Source: the human T2T-CHM13v2.0 reference genome, Homo sapiens
Reading direction: 5' to 3' (one strand)
DNA length: 64,000 nt
Assembly: GCF_009914755.1 (NCBI RefSeq)
Contig: NC_060934.1
A program made the position numbers and the translations under genes. This document shows positions 1 to 14,023 of the stretch, in pieces. The notes beneath the pieces are model-generated. The model had not been told where the DNA came from and ran no database searches. It was given only the letters and a program-made list of their open reading frames with translations. Numbering within the stretch: position 1 is the stretch's first letter; each line of letters opens with the position of its first letter.

Positions 1-1018
1 ACGGTGAATTTTTCACATAAGCAGCATGATGAATCCTTTTTAAAAATAATGATTATCTGCAACACGATGCCAGAAATGCTGGCTTTATAAGGAAGGTTTG
101 AATGAATTTGAACTAAATACAGAGAATGAAAACCTTCCTGGGCTTTCTTAGATAAAGGCTTATACACTGATTCTATCTCCTTGAGAAAAAGAGTAATCAA
201 TAAGTGATTATATTCTTAAAATAAATTACATTTCGGTTTCGTTCTGTCCAGAGCAGTTAAGAAGTGATGATTACTATGGGTTAAGCCTGAGGGCAAAAAA
301 AGGGAACTTTATGAGTTATTTGCAATATCTGAGGAAATACTTCAGAATAATAATAAAGTCAGCAGTAAAATTAGCTTTACCTTTGGTTCACAGTATGTTC
401 TTCCCTGAAGTTTGCTTCTAGCTAAATCTAACCCTAAGTGAAACTGGAAAAAGAAGACTGTTTAGCACCTTACCTGCTCCACACTCGTGCCTGTCCCCTC
501 AATGCTTGGGCTAATCCAGGGGTCTCCTGACGTCCCCAGAGGTCCAGGGTCTTGTCGGCAACCCTCCCTCCCCGAGACACATCTGTCGCCTCTTCCCTGC
601 TTTCCTCCTCCAGGGTTGCATCCTCTCTCAGTCTACTATTGCTGGCCCATGGACCACCCTTAAACCCAAGGGTCCAAAACACTCATGAGCACCTTTCTCC
701 CAAGTCTGCTGATGGATTGGCTGGCAGATTGCAAGACCGAAAAAGTCACCTGCTCCCTCGGCCTCTTTGACATATTCCAGGGGAAAAAAAAAATCAAGTT
801 GCCTGGTTCATTTCAGAAAGATAATACATGCCTGATATTACCCCTGGTCACAGGGTATAAAAGAAAAGTAGACATTTATTTTCTGCATTCTCCCTGGCAA
901 CTACCTGTCCCTGGAGAGGAATTGAAAAACCTAGGCAGCTGTAGCCAGGGCCCCATGGCATCTAATCCTGGACCAACAGGCAGTGCACTCCCATTGAGAT
1001 TTTGCATCTATGACCATG

Positions 1019-1116
1019 AGTGTGTGTGTGCATGAGTGTATGTGTATGTGTGTGTACATGAGCGTTTGTGTGTGTGCATGTGTGTATGCATGCATGTGTG
1101 TGTGCAGTGTGTGTGT
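1019..1116. repeat. Degenerate (TG)n/(TGCA)n microsatellite
   Basis: gtgtgtgtgtgcatgagtgtatgtgtatgtgtgtg... alternating purine-pyrimidine tract. Confidence 0.9.
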
Positions 1117-1329
1117 CCCTGTGACCGTGTGTCCCCATCAACTAGAAACTCAGCCAAGATGCTGCAACTTAATCACAAATAACAACAAGCAAGTTGGGAG
1201 GCAAGAAGTACAGACGGGTGGGCTTATGTGAAGCAAATCCATATAAAAAGAATTAACCATCATAATGTATAAAGTGCTCCCACAAAACAAAGGAAAAAAG
1301 GATAAAAAAGAGAGAAAATATTCAAAGTC

Positions 1330-1860
1330 TAAAAAGCATAATAAGAATAGGAAATACAAACAGCCAATAAATACATGAAAGATGATCCATGTAACCAATA
1401 CAAAGGGGATTACAAAATGAAACGAAACTGAGATTTTTTTTGCCAATCTTATTGTCAGAAGTTGTGAGGACTAATAGATTCTAGAGGCACCAAAGCTGAG
1501 AACCTGAAGGCTGGACCACTGACGGCTCTGGGCAAGGCAACTCAGCAATCAGTACCAACATTTCTAAGTATACATCTAAAGTGTGCAATTCTACGTCGAT
1601 GCCTCCATCTGACGAGAGTGTGCCTCTGCTCAAAGACATGTTTATGGAGGAGCTCCTTACAATAACCAAAGAAAAAAATTAGAGACCACAGACTGTCCAC
1701 CAGCAGTAGATGAAATAGCTCAAGCTGTGGTAAAATAGCATGCACCCATGCATACCCAATGATCACCCACGAACGAAACAACTCATCCACATCAGCACTA
1801 AGAACAGGGAGAGGGCAGGGCAACAAGAACAGGACACAGCAGATTTCTGAAGTACAGAAG
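1330..1860 (+). mobile_element. Ancient L1M (L1ME/MC-type) ORF2 3'-end fragment
   Basis: caataaatacatgaaaagatg...aaatgaaacgaaactgagatttt resembles the recalled L1 motif aataaacatatgaaaagatgctc...aaaacaatgagatacc; boundaries approximate. Confidence 0.5.
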
Positions 1861-1867
1861 TCCGATA

Positions 1868-2173
<306 letters not shown>

Positions 2174-3309
2174 ATGGATGAGATGAGATAAACTGGTGCT
2201 GAGAAGGTCGTGCATTGTCCTGGATTTGGCAGGAGGAAGGACTCTGGCATCCGCCGAGGGTCTACCCTGGAGCAGAAAGGGCACATCCAGGCCTCAGGAT
2301 GAAATCACAGGATGTGTCTGGAACGCAGGGAGTGGGGTAGGTCTGATGCCAAGTGCTGGAGGAATTTCCCCTCTCATTCCTTCTATTTTCCAGTGAAATG
2401 GGAAGCATGGCTGTCAGTGGAGAGAGGGCTCAGGAAACAGGAAATGGAGGTACAGAAAGACCAAGATGTGGAACTCTCCTAGGAAAGTGGAAATGCATGG
2501 GGCTGGGAAATATGCCACTTTGGGGGTGAGGGTCACTTGAGGGTGACACAACTGATGTTCAACGTAACCTGTAGGTTGGCTGCATGTTCCCCTCCAGGCT
2601 GGTCAGCCCCAGGAGGAGTCTGAGCTGAGTCTCACTCAGGTAGGTGAGGGGAAGGAGCATGGCCCCAGGAGGGTGAAAGGCCTGCAAAGTTGTGGTTGTC
2701 CGAAGGGACCTTCCAGGTTGCAGGGCAAGGAAGGAAGGGTGTGTGCATTGGGAAGGAGGGTGATCTCATTCTTGGTCTTCCCTTTGCCGAGAAATCTTTT
2801 CTCCCTCAAGATAACTCATTGTTTGCATTGGAAATATTATAACACAAATGATGCCGAAATGTCTTTTTTTCTCATTTTTGTCACTGACATAATTTTATAT
2901 TAATATGTATATCTATTAGCATTTCACACACTGCATTTGGATTTTTTATGGTTTCCTGATGATTTTTTGTGATATTGATGGCTTCCTAAAGATGTGAAAC
3001 ATGTTAAGTCACTTCCCACCTTAACGTGGTGTCCATCATTTGATGGGCATTCAGGAAACGTCAGTTAGTAGAATGGGTGGATGCTAAGAAGGAAGGTAAG
3101 AAACTAATATCCATCGTCTCCAAATGAGAGAGATAGAGGAAGAAAGGAAGGTAGGAGGAAGTCGGAAGGGAGAGAGAGAGACAAGGATGGCCAGAGTAGA
3201 GAAGTACCACCCACAGAGCTATTTTTGGATAATGTGGACAAAGCCATCTACTTTCTTTGCACACCCCTTGCAGCAACATGCTGTCCCTCATATCCACATT
3301 TTTATTCAG

Positions 3310-3630
3310 AATGTTCTAGGTTATCTTGTTGTTTCAAAGTTAACAAATTAACCGGGAGATCTCAGTGATTTACAAGAAAGGTGTATTTCATGTTCACAGC
3401 GTGTCTCCAGTGGGAGTTGATGAGGAGGGCTCTGCTCCACGCACTCTTGCAGGGATCCAGGCTGATGGCGATGCCATTGCCCAGTCAGGCCCACAAGAGC
3501 ATCTCTACTCTGTCCCATGCACGATTTCTGCTCATGCCCACTGGCCAGAATTAGTAGCAGGTTCCTGCCCAAGTGCAAGTTGACTGGAGCTGGGTGTGGG
3601 GGGAGGCATGGGCATCCAGTGAGCACTGGG
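3310..3630 (-). mobile_element. Old MaLR LTR (MLT1J/K-like)
   Basis: tctgctcatgcccactggccagaattagtagcaggttcctgcccaagtgcaag and gatctcagtgatttacaagaaaggtgtatttc resemble MLT1J/K. Confidence 0.55.
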
Positions 3631-6314
3631 CAGCTCTTCCATGACTAAGCTCCTGGCACTCAGCTGGCTGCTACACCAACCACTGCTGAGGCATGGGCTC
3701 TCAGCCAGGAGAGCTTTAATGTAAAACACAGCCCGCCCAGCAGTCATTCGTATGCTACAAGTGGGCCTGTGATGAAGAAAAAAGCAAAACAAAACTACAG
3801 CTCCAAATAACAAGACGCCTGATGAAGGAATGGCAGGATGTAGAGGTGCCGATCTGGGAGACCAAACTGCTTCTCCTTAAATCTCAATGCCCAAGCTGAC
3901 TGCATCCGTGCCCACCTGTAAGTCCAGCTATTCGTGTTTATGTGAGATGATGAATGCGACAGGAATACTAAGGTGACAAAGGGGCAGAGATCGAGTTGTG
4001 ATGCAAATTTCAAGTGAAAACCCCATTTTATACTACCTTGTATCGAGGACTGCATCCTTTCATGGACATTAACCAATAATTTGCTTGGCACCTCTATAAA
4101 ATATCAGTTATTAAGAGGTAAGCAATTAGTGTGCAGGAGAAGGAAGGCATTCAGCAAAAGCCCAGGCAGCGTGAAATTAGGGACCAGGGTAGAAGAGAAT
4201 GCAATCCCTAATCCTTTCAAGAGAGCACTGAGGAAAAGCATGGTAGCTATCAAAGACTCGGAAGAGATGCAGGTAATCTCCAAGCAATTCCGCGACATGA
4301 AAGCGTATTTTAAGTTTAGAGATCATCAGAGAGGAAAGACTATCTTTTGAGAACAGAATGGGATGTATCCTGTGCTTTTTCCACACCTTTCTCCGAGGCT
4401 GGAGCATCACCTACTAGTCTACATTCAGAGCCTGCTGGGAACATAACACTATTTCCGGGAAGGACCAGCCCTCAGGGGCCACACATCCAGGGAAGACTTT
4501 CCGCTCAGCACCCACACCTTTATAAACTCATCTCTGCCCCTTCCTGTCCCTTCATCCCAGCCCATCTCCTGCTTCCTGAAGGCCCCCGGTTTACTGAACT
4601 CTTCCTGGTGTCCTGCCACCCCCAGCGTCATCCCCACTTGAGGAAAGCGACATCCCAGAGAGAGAGACAGACGTCCCCACAGAGGGCCATGTAAGACTGT
4701 CGGGCGTGGTGAGGACACCCAGAGGACAGCGGCTACACCGGGCTGAGGGTGACCAGTGCCGAAGGGGTTTGGGTTTATTCTGTAAATAGGTGAGTCTGTC
4801 GGCATCACCTGCCCTCAGGTAGGAAAGCAATAGCCTCAGTTTACCTGCAAGGGTCACTCTCTGAAGGTGGGAGGGACCTGGCACCTCTGAGACCCACCAG
4901 GGGACTGAGGTGCCAGCCCCAGCGGGATGGGGGGCAGCCCTGGAGGGGCCACTGTGCATGAGGCCTGTGACAGATGCAGGAAGCAGGACCATGGAGAGGG
5001 GTGCTCCGGGATGCAGCATGCGCAGAGGGGCTTCGAGGCGTTTTCTGGGACAATTAGAAATAGCGGGAGCTAATGAAAGAGAAAGGGCTGGGCACGATTT
5101 CCACTTCCTCTGCGAGGGTGGCCTGCACTTTACCCTCTGGCTTCATTATACCTTCCTTCCTTTCCCAGCTCTATGCTGGTGCCGCCGTGCTAGGATCTCT
5201 CTCAGTTGCCTGGAATTTGGGTCTGATTTTACATACCCAGCTCCGGCAGAACATTAAAATTCTACCTGTCATTTTTATTCCACACTCTCACCACGGCACC
5301 GAGCGTGGGCCTCAGACAGCCTCCGTGAGAAATGAAGTGAGCGGACTCCGCTTGACAGGCTGGATTTTGGGGGAAGAGAGTCAGCGATGCCGGTGAGGAA
5401 CGCTCCAGAACCTGACCCACTTGGTTGAAGACATCGATCTACAACCCTTAGTTACAGGAAATCGTTTGGAAATTATTCCGAGATAACGTTTTACGCACTC
5501 ATTTGCACACCGATGATGTGTATAGTTATGTGTGTAGTCTGTAACTGTTAGTTACTTTCATTGCTATTTGGGGTGTTAGTGTACATTGTATTTGTACACT
5601 AACAGTGATTGATATTTTGGTTTGGAAAACAATCCAAAGTTTTGGTGGATAAAAATGTACTTTTCTAATTAGGACTGAGCATTCCAATAGAGCCACCTCC
5701 CTTACAGTTCTTATCTTACTGTGCAAAAATATGTGTTTGCAGTCCTATTGTGAATTCAAAATAAGAATGGCAAATCGATATTCTAAAGACCCACACACTG
5801 AGAAATCCTACATACTATTTTTATACGTATAAGCAATCTAAATAATTTCTTCAAATTGTCTAGAATATCTCCACAGCTTTTTTATTTCCAGAGACAAGGT
5901 TAAAAACAACTTAGTTGTTGTTATAGGTCATTTACAAAATGAGTCATTTAATTAAATGATCTAGGCAAATCCTTGTGGCTTACAGCTTCCCTGAAAAAAA
6001 AAATATCACTAAATGATGTGTAAAATGGAGGCCGTATTATGTAATCAAAGAGAAATTAAAAGTATACTGAATCTGTAAATAAAATGCAAGCTATTAGCCC
6101 ATCAGGTACAGTTCTTGCTTTCAGGAAACTGCTACCTTCTGCAAAAAGCACACCCGCCTCTCTGCCCCATCCATCTCCCAGCACAACGAAGCCGTCACAA
6201 GGACATTTTTCCTCCACCGTGGTACTTAGGGCCGTCTGTGTGGCTGACCCAGAGCTGCCGTGAGTAATTTTAAAAAGGCTTATCATTATCCTGACAAAAT
6301 GCTATGTAGGTGTG

Positions 6315-6525
6315 CGTGATTCATTTTTTAATAGCGCAGTCAGGAAATAAAGAGAGGAGCCAGGGCGCAAGATAACGCCAGCCCCCGCGTCCCTGTGATA
6401 TTAATTACTCGAGACACGTGCATGACATGCTGCTCATTTGTTCCTCACCGCCAGCTATCTTATCTCCACTGACGACCGCTGATGAGTGCGGGCAGCCTCC
6501 AGACATCCTCAGACAGCCTTCGATC
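6315..6525. promoter_or_regulatory. CpG-retaining, motif-dense enhancer-like block
   Basis: About 13 CpG in ~210 bp; AGATAA 6370, TTAATTA 6401, CACGTG 6415, overlapping CTATCT/TTATCT 6455-6465. Confidence 0.4.
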
Positions 6526-7261
6526 CTTCATTGTTTGTTGCATTGATGGAAAATAGCAGAGGTTGCCTTTCCCACGGTGGCCTGCATTCTAAAAACACAG
6601 TTGTGCTCTTTCGCCCTTGTTTTTGCTCTGCCTCCTTTTGTGTATGTGTGTATGTGTGCCTCTCTGTGTGTCTGTCTCTCTCTGTCTTTCTTGCATCTTG
6701 TTCTCTTTCTCCTGTGTCCTTTCCTCAATGTCCATCAGTGGAACCGCAGCTCAGGGTGGATCTTAGGAGGGCCCTTTCTTTGAGGGTTCTGCCTTTCTCC
6801 TTCCTATAAGATGACTTCAAAAGCCTTGCCTGTGGCCCGTTACTTGACCAGGAGTAATGCTGGAAGTTGCTGTTTTAAAAGATCCCCAGTGCTTTAGTTT
6901 CTTCTCAAGAGAATAATATTTTCTTTGTAGTGTGTTCTGAGGATTTAAAACAATGTGTATCAAACACACAACACAAAACCTTAGTGTCAGAAGCACTCAG
7001 CACCTGAGAGTCATTATTAGCCGTTATCATCGAAAATTATCTGATTATGTGAAAACGTGTTCGTCCAAGTGACCTGTGTGTGATCATCAGCTTAACAGAT
7101 GACGCTTGTAGAAGCCCAGCTCCATGAGGAGAAACTGACAACAGATTGTGGAGCCGTGCAATAGATGGACAAAAACCGCTATTTGCCTCCCAATATTCAT
7201 GATAAATTCTAGACAATGTCCTGACACGCAGTGAATTGGTGCTTCTTACTTTTCTTGGCAG

Positions 7262-7495
7262 ACTCTGGAGCCAGGCTGCTGGGGTTCAAATCCTGATCTG
7301 CTGCTTAACTTGGAAAAACAATCATTTCATGCCTCCATATCTTGTCTACACAGTGGAGACGGCAATGGTGACCAAACCAATCATTTGATGCTTCCATATC
7401 TCATCTACACAATGGAGACAGCAATGGTGCCCAACCCCACAGGATGATTCCAGGATTAAGTGGCTCAATGTGATCAATGCATGAAAGTGCAGAAG
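7262..7495 (+). mobile_element. MIR with internal 59-bp tandem duplication
   Basis: ctctggagccaggctgctggggttcaaatcctg...ctcatctacacaatggagac...aggattaagtg matches the MIR core. Confidence 0.75.
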
Positions 7496-7723
7496 GGAGA
7501 ACAGGTGTGATCACTATGGTTGTTATTATTTCTGCTCAGAAGAAGTCCTAAACAACAGTGGCCTCCAAGGCTGTGGTATTCAGGCTGCGTGTGGAACTCA
7601 TTCTCCCTCCCTAGTTGCACAATTTCTCCCATTTCACAGGGAAAGCAAGGAAAAATGGCAGTGGGCCTGCAGGTCTCCAACTGTCTTCTCTTATCTTTTT
7701 TCTCTAGAATAGTACAGCAGTGA

Positions 7724-8071
<348 letters not shown>

Positions 8072-8799
8072 TCACTAATGCTAACATGCTGTACTAGCCC
8101 AAAGTTCATAAATCAGTGACACACTCTTTATCTGGGACTGTATTGTTTTCAGGGATCCAGGAAGTTCGCCACTTATGGAGCTGCTCATGTACAGTTGAGC
8201 AGGTTGTGGCCTGCCCAAGGACACCTGACTGAAGGAGGGAGTGGCTATGGAATTTCTTTCTGCAACTGACTGATGGAGGAGCTCTGGCACAAACCTGTAG
8301 CTGACTGGAGGAAGAGGGGCTCGAGGGGATGGAGCACCCCACAAACCTAATCTGAAGTAGGGGAGACATTGACCCTGCGATCAACAACCTGCTCCAATGT
8401 GTACAGTCATGTAGCTCAGCAGTTCAGTGTGGTTCAGAATTTGTAAGAAGTGTAGCAAAAAAAAATGGTAATAAGTAAAGCAAAGATGTTTGAATGCAAA
8501 GGCTATATGTTATAAGGGAGAAAATGAAACTTTAAAAAGAAAAAAAGGAAAAAGAAAAAAACGAAAATAAATTAAATGAGCAAAACTGAGGCGAAAGAGG
8601 ACACTGCAGGGAAGGACTCACATATCTGGAGAGTATACAATCTTTTTGTTAATGTCCATGAAATAATTATAATAAATACATTGTGTGGAATAATTGGTAT
8701 AAATATTAGAAAACACAGCATTTTCTATTAGCTCTAATATGGCCTATACTTTTTGAAATCCCTGTGATTACTAGGGTAAAATTCCAAAATTACTTTTTT

Positions 8800-9690
8800 T
8801 AATGAGATAGGAAACTAAACAGCTACAAAAGAAAAGGCATTAACAATATTCAGAAGAAAAAATAAAATGGCTAATGCCTGTATGGAAACTAGTCATAACT
8901 CACTGTTTCCCAAATAAACAAAAACTGAAGTTAATCATTAGAGATAATTTTTCACTGAAGAAAGTCACGGAAGTGTTTTAAAAGTCATAAGATTCATTAG
9001 AGACAAGGTTATAACCAAAATTGTACTCTCATACTTGACACCTGACGTGGTGACAGGGAAAATTGGTGTAACCTTTCAGGAAAGTCACATGAGGACAGCT
9101 ATTATAAATAAAAGTAGACTGATCCCTTGACCCAATCATCTGACTCTCAGTAGACTCTTGCACAGAAAAACAAAACAAAACAATACAAAAAGCTACAGGT
9201 ATAAGGACACATGGGTGTTCATTATACCATTATTTTTAATAGCAAATAAAACAAAACAAAAACAAAACCAGAAATGTCTATCAACAGAGAGGGAGTACAA
9301 TAATCTGAAACTTCCATATTGTAAAAATTATTACGTAGGTATTTCAAAATGAATTGTATATTATGACATGGAGAAAGATAAGTTGGGTGGATAGATATGG
9401 ACTGATGCATGGATGGAAGGAAGCCGTATTTCAGTGAAAAACAGAGTGCAGAATAATCTGTACATCATCCCTTTTGCAAAACCAACAGTAATGTAAGCTG
9501 TGTATGTATGTGTGTGTGTTTTTTTGTATATTTGTGTTTAACAGAGGGTAAATATTTGGAGTATAAAAAACAGGTAGATAAACTTGGCTACATCGGAAGA
9601 CTAAAAGTTATAAAAATTACTTTTATATAATAATCTTTTGCATTTTTTGTATAGTTAAGTTCATGATTCTATTCTAGTTAAAATTTGAAG
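8800..9690 (+). mobile_element. Ancient L1ME 3' fragment
   Basis: aaattggtgtaacctttcaggaaagtc, cccttgacccaatc, gtgttcattataccattatttttaatagcaaa, aaatgtctatcaacagag are typical old L1 3' motifs. Confidence 0.6.
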
Positions 9691-10684
9691 AATAACTCAT
9701 TTAAAAAAACAAAAGTTGCAAGTTCTTTTGTTTTCAGAAGTTATATTGTCAATTCTCAATTTCCAACCATGGCTCCATCAAGAGCTGGACTGTGGGCTGC
9801 CTGCTGGATTAAACTTTTCCTCAATGCTGTTGCCTCTCCAAAGCTGGAGCTGCAGAGCCCTCTGAAGACCCTGGAAATCACAGCTCCTGGAATGGAATTC
9901 CAGAGGCAGCAACGGAGTGAAACAAACAGCTACGTGGTGATTTCTTTTCCTTCAGTTACTGAAACCAGTAGTCACAAATTAGAAATCATTAACTATTGAA
10001 TATTAAAACAATGGCAATGAACACATTATTTCTGTTTTCTTTTAAAAATAGAAAGTGGAAGGTGATTTGCAGCTCTGGGATACAGTCTTATCAGATGTTG
10101 TCAAGCACCTCCCATACTCTCATATGATAGAGGACTGATATTTGACAGAACTCCACCCTTTATCACACCTTCCCTAACACACCACAGTGTGCAAAGATCA
10201 GGTGGATTGAGTTGAGAAGGTGCTTGGAATGATCCCATGGTGGATACAAAGAGAAAAATGTTGAATATGAAAGACAAAACAATGTGCCTACATTTATGTA
10301 GGCAAACCCATTGTCTTTCTGGTGAAACAGCTACAACAAAGACACTTAAGAAATGCAAGGCCTTCTGGAAGGATTGACTTAGCCCTGTTCTCTTCCCCAT
10401 GCAGGAACATCCAACATGACTCCACCCAGGGCCACAAACTGCACCAGCATCTTTTGGAAAACTCAAGTGTTCTTGAAGGTGACTTATTAAATCAGTGTCA
10501 ACCATTAACATCTTAATGTGGATTAATAGTTTGACAGGGGAGCTCATTCTGTGATAAATTGTCCTCTGCAAGCCAGTGAAGGGAGAGATGTGTGATGGGG
10601 GCATTGGTGGATATGAGACCCCAAGCAGTGTCACAGAGGAAGGACGTGGTTGGAGAGAGCTGGGAAGCACACAACACAGGGTGC

Positions 10685-10790
10685 TCTCCTGGAAGGCAAG
10701 AATGTTGCCTGACAGCCCTCTTATGTCCCTCATCTCTCCAAGCCTAATCTTACGTCATAGCAGGTGTTCAGTAAATGCTTGTGGATGAAC
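10685..10790 (+). mobile_element. L2 3' end
   Basis: ctcctggaaggcaagaat...catagcaggtgttcagtaaatgcttgtggatgaa. Confidence 0.55.
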
Positions 10791-10853
10791 CCATCAATTA
10801 TTGGTGATTCTGTTTTGCTATCTTCTCTTGACAAGGTTTATACTACCAGTTAA

Positions 10854-11219
<366 letters not shown>

Positions 11220-13055
11220 TAAAATATATTTTTCTTATCGGGACTTTTATTCAGATGTGCTGTTTAGAGACCACAAACCAGAAGCTATAATTCATGTAAA
11301 ACCTAAAGACAACTTTGTTTAACATGCATGTGTTTTACAAAATAAAGCCAGCAATTTTCATTTTTATACAGAAAACCTAAACGTCTGGCTTCTCTTTAAA
11401 AATTGAGTCTGACCCCAGGAAACCATTCCTTCATGGCTGAAGTCTGCAGGGGTTGATTGACTGACCAGATGGGATGAGCCTCCCAGCGTCTCAGCCCTGA
11501 GCCACTCATGATTTCCTCAAGGGCGCTGGTTTCCGACGTGATTTCTCATGTTGCCTTTGAGGCTGCTGCAGGCACCTGGGGTTCTGGATGTGCTGGACAC
11601 AGAACGACTGTCTGAATAGTCAAGTGTGCCTTTTACCCTGCACCTCACTCTCCAAAACAGTTCTGTGCATGCATTTTACATATACAATAGTCCTTGGAAA
11701 TAGCCACATTAAATAATTTCAAAATATTTTTAATTTATCCTCTTCTGAATTTGAGTAGTGAGATTACAAGTTCATTATTAGCCTGGCATATATCTAAGTG
11801 GGTACTTAATAAAATAGTACAAGTTCCTCAAAGATCTTGGCAGGATTATGATTGTAATTTAGTCGGAATTCACAGCCTCCTGTGATTTTCAGTGATATTT
11901 CCAAAGTATTCTCACACAGTAATATGCAGTAGATGGCATTACATTGCAGTACAATTTGCAATTTAAGACTTCGGGCACAATAAGAATTCCGCCTGGAAGA
12001 TCTATGCAAATGCTTTAGAAAGTGGTCTGTCAACTTTCAGTAAGAAAACACATCTTAGAAGCTTCTGACTTATAAAAACCAACCAATATATTTCCAAGGT
12101 TTTTAATTCAATTTTTCCGGACACTTCTCTGCTTTTTTAAACCTAAGACGTGAAACATGTGTGATTAAATACTTTTCTGTGACAACAAAGCCCTGTTATT
12201 TTGTGAGTGTGTATTCACATTTATAAGTAAGGGAGGAAGAAAAAAAGAGATATTTGTGAGCTTATTTTAAGGAAAGAAACAACTTGAGTTAACAGTTAGC
12301 ATTTGACAGTTTATGCTCTATTGGAGAGAGAGATCACCAGCTGAAAAAAGTCATGAAAATAATTTATAGTCTTATTTTGAAATTCACACGTTTCCCAGTA
12401 TGCTCACAAGACTAACATTCGGGAATGTTTGTGACGTTTAATCATTACTCAAGTACCCAGTCATTATGGAGAAATGTTTATGAAAAATGGATGCAAAGAG
12501 GCTCAATGCGTTGCCTCCAGCAACAATATTTACCAGGGACAGGTAGAAGAAAAAGCATAACACAATGTATCCGGGACCCATTAGCACACAACAGGATGAT
12601 TGGACTTTTTGTTGTTGTTCTTATCGATCTGAATACATCCTATTTTTTGAAATTACTCTTGTAAATATCATTCTTTAGTTCTACAAATGGCATTCTTTTA
12701 AACTGGCTAAGAAGTAGACTAGCAGCTAATAAATATGAAAAAGGAATAATTGTTAGAAAATATATAAATTAAGTTCATATATAGATGACCATCATGGGCT
12801 GATACATTCTTTTAAAAATGTATTTTCATTTAATTTGTATATATTTATGGGGCACAAGTGCAATTTTGTTACATGCATATATTGTGTAATGGTGAATGCA
12901 CAAATTATGCAAATTGTGCCCATTAAGTCATTTCTGGTCATCCACCCCTCCACCCCCTCACCCTTCCCAGTCTCCATTGCTTATGATTCTACACTATACA
13001 TCCATGTGCACACATTATTTAGCTCCCACTTACAAGTGAGAGCATGCAATATTTG

Positions 13056-13417
13056 TGATATGGTTTAGTTCTATTGTCCTGTGTCCCCACCTAAATCTCC
13101 TCTCAATTTGTAATCCCCACATGTCAAGGGAGGGAGGTGATTAGATCATGGAGGTGGTTACCCCCATGCTGTCCTCATGATAGTGAGTGAGTTCTCACAA
13201 GATTTGCTGGTTTTAATAAGGGGCTCTTCTACTTCATCTTCTCCTCTCTCTCTCCTGCCACCATGTAAGATGTGCCTGCTTCCCAGTCTGCCATGATTGT
13301 AAGTTTCCTGAGGCTTCCCCAGCCATGTGGAACTGTGAGTCTATTAAACCTCTTTCCTTTATAAATTACCCAGTCTCGAGTAGTATCTTTATAGCAGTGT
13401 GAAAATATACTAATACA
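13056..13417 (+). mobile_element. Solo MaLR LTR (THE1D/MSTA-like)
   Basis: tgatatggttt...attaaacctctttcc...aaattacccagtctc...ctaataca; TG..CA termini; 5-bp TSD atttg/gtttg. Confidence 0.92.
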
Positions 13418-13826
13418 GTTTGCCTTTCTGTGTCTGCCTTGTTTCACTTAAAATAACGGCCTCCATTTCTATCCATGTTGTTACAAAAGATATTATTCCT
13501 TTTTTTATGGAGAAGTAGTATTCCACAGTGTAAATATACCACATGTTCTTTATTCATTCATTCATGGACACTTAGATTGATTCCCTGTCTTTGCTATTGT
13601 GAATAGTGCTGTGATAAACATACGAATGGCTGGTGTTTTTTTGAATGATTTCTTTTCTTTTGGGTAGATACCAAAAGACTGCTGGATTGAATGGTAGATC
13701 TATTTAAGGCTCCTTGAGAAATTTCCATGCTGTTTACCATAGAGATTGAACTAAATAACATACCCACCAACAGTGTGTAAGTGTTCCCTCTTCTCTGCAC
13801 TCTCTCCGACATGTTACTTTTTGACT

Positions 13827-14023
13827 TTTTTTTTTTTTTTGAGACAGGGTTGCCCAGGCTGAAGTGCAGTGTCTCAACCATAGTGCACCACAGCCTTGAC
13901 CTGCTGGACTCAAGTGATTGTCCCGCCTCAGTGTCTCGAATAGCTGGGACTACAGGCATGTGCCACCACAACTGGCTAATTTTTAAATTTTTTATAGAGA
14001 TAGAGTCTCATCATGTTGCCCAT
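13827..14023 (-). mobile_element. AluJ, 5'-truncated, inserted in L1
   Basis: Poly(T)-gagacagggttgcccaggctgaagtgcag...gagtctcatcatgttgccca. Confidence 0.85.

Noticed and set aside
10101-10733. 210-aa minus-strand ORF
   Set aside because: No recognisable domain, overlaps L2 debris, no supporting exon structure; consistent with a chance ORF.
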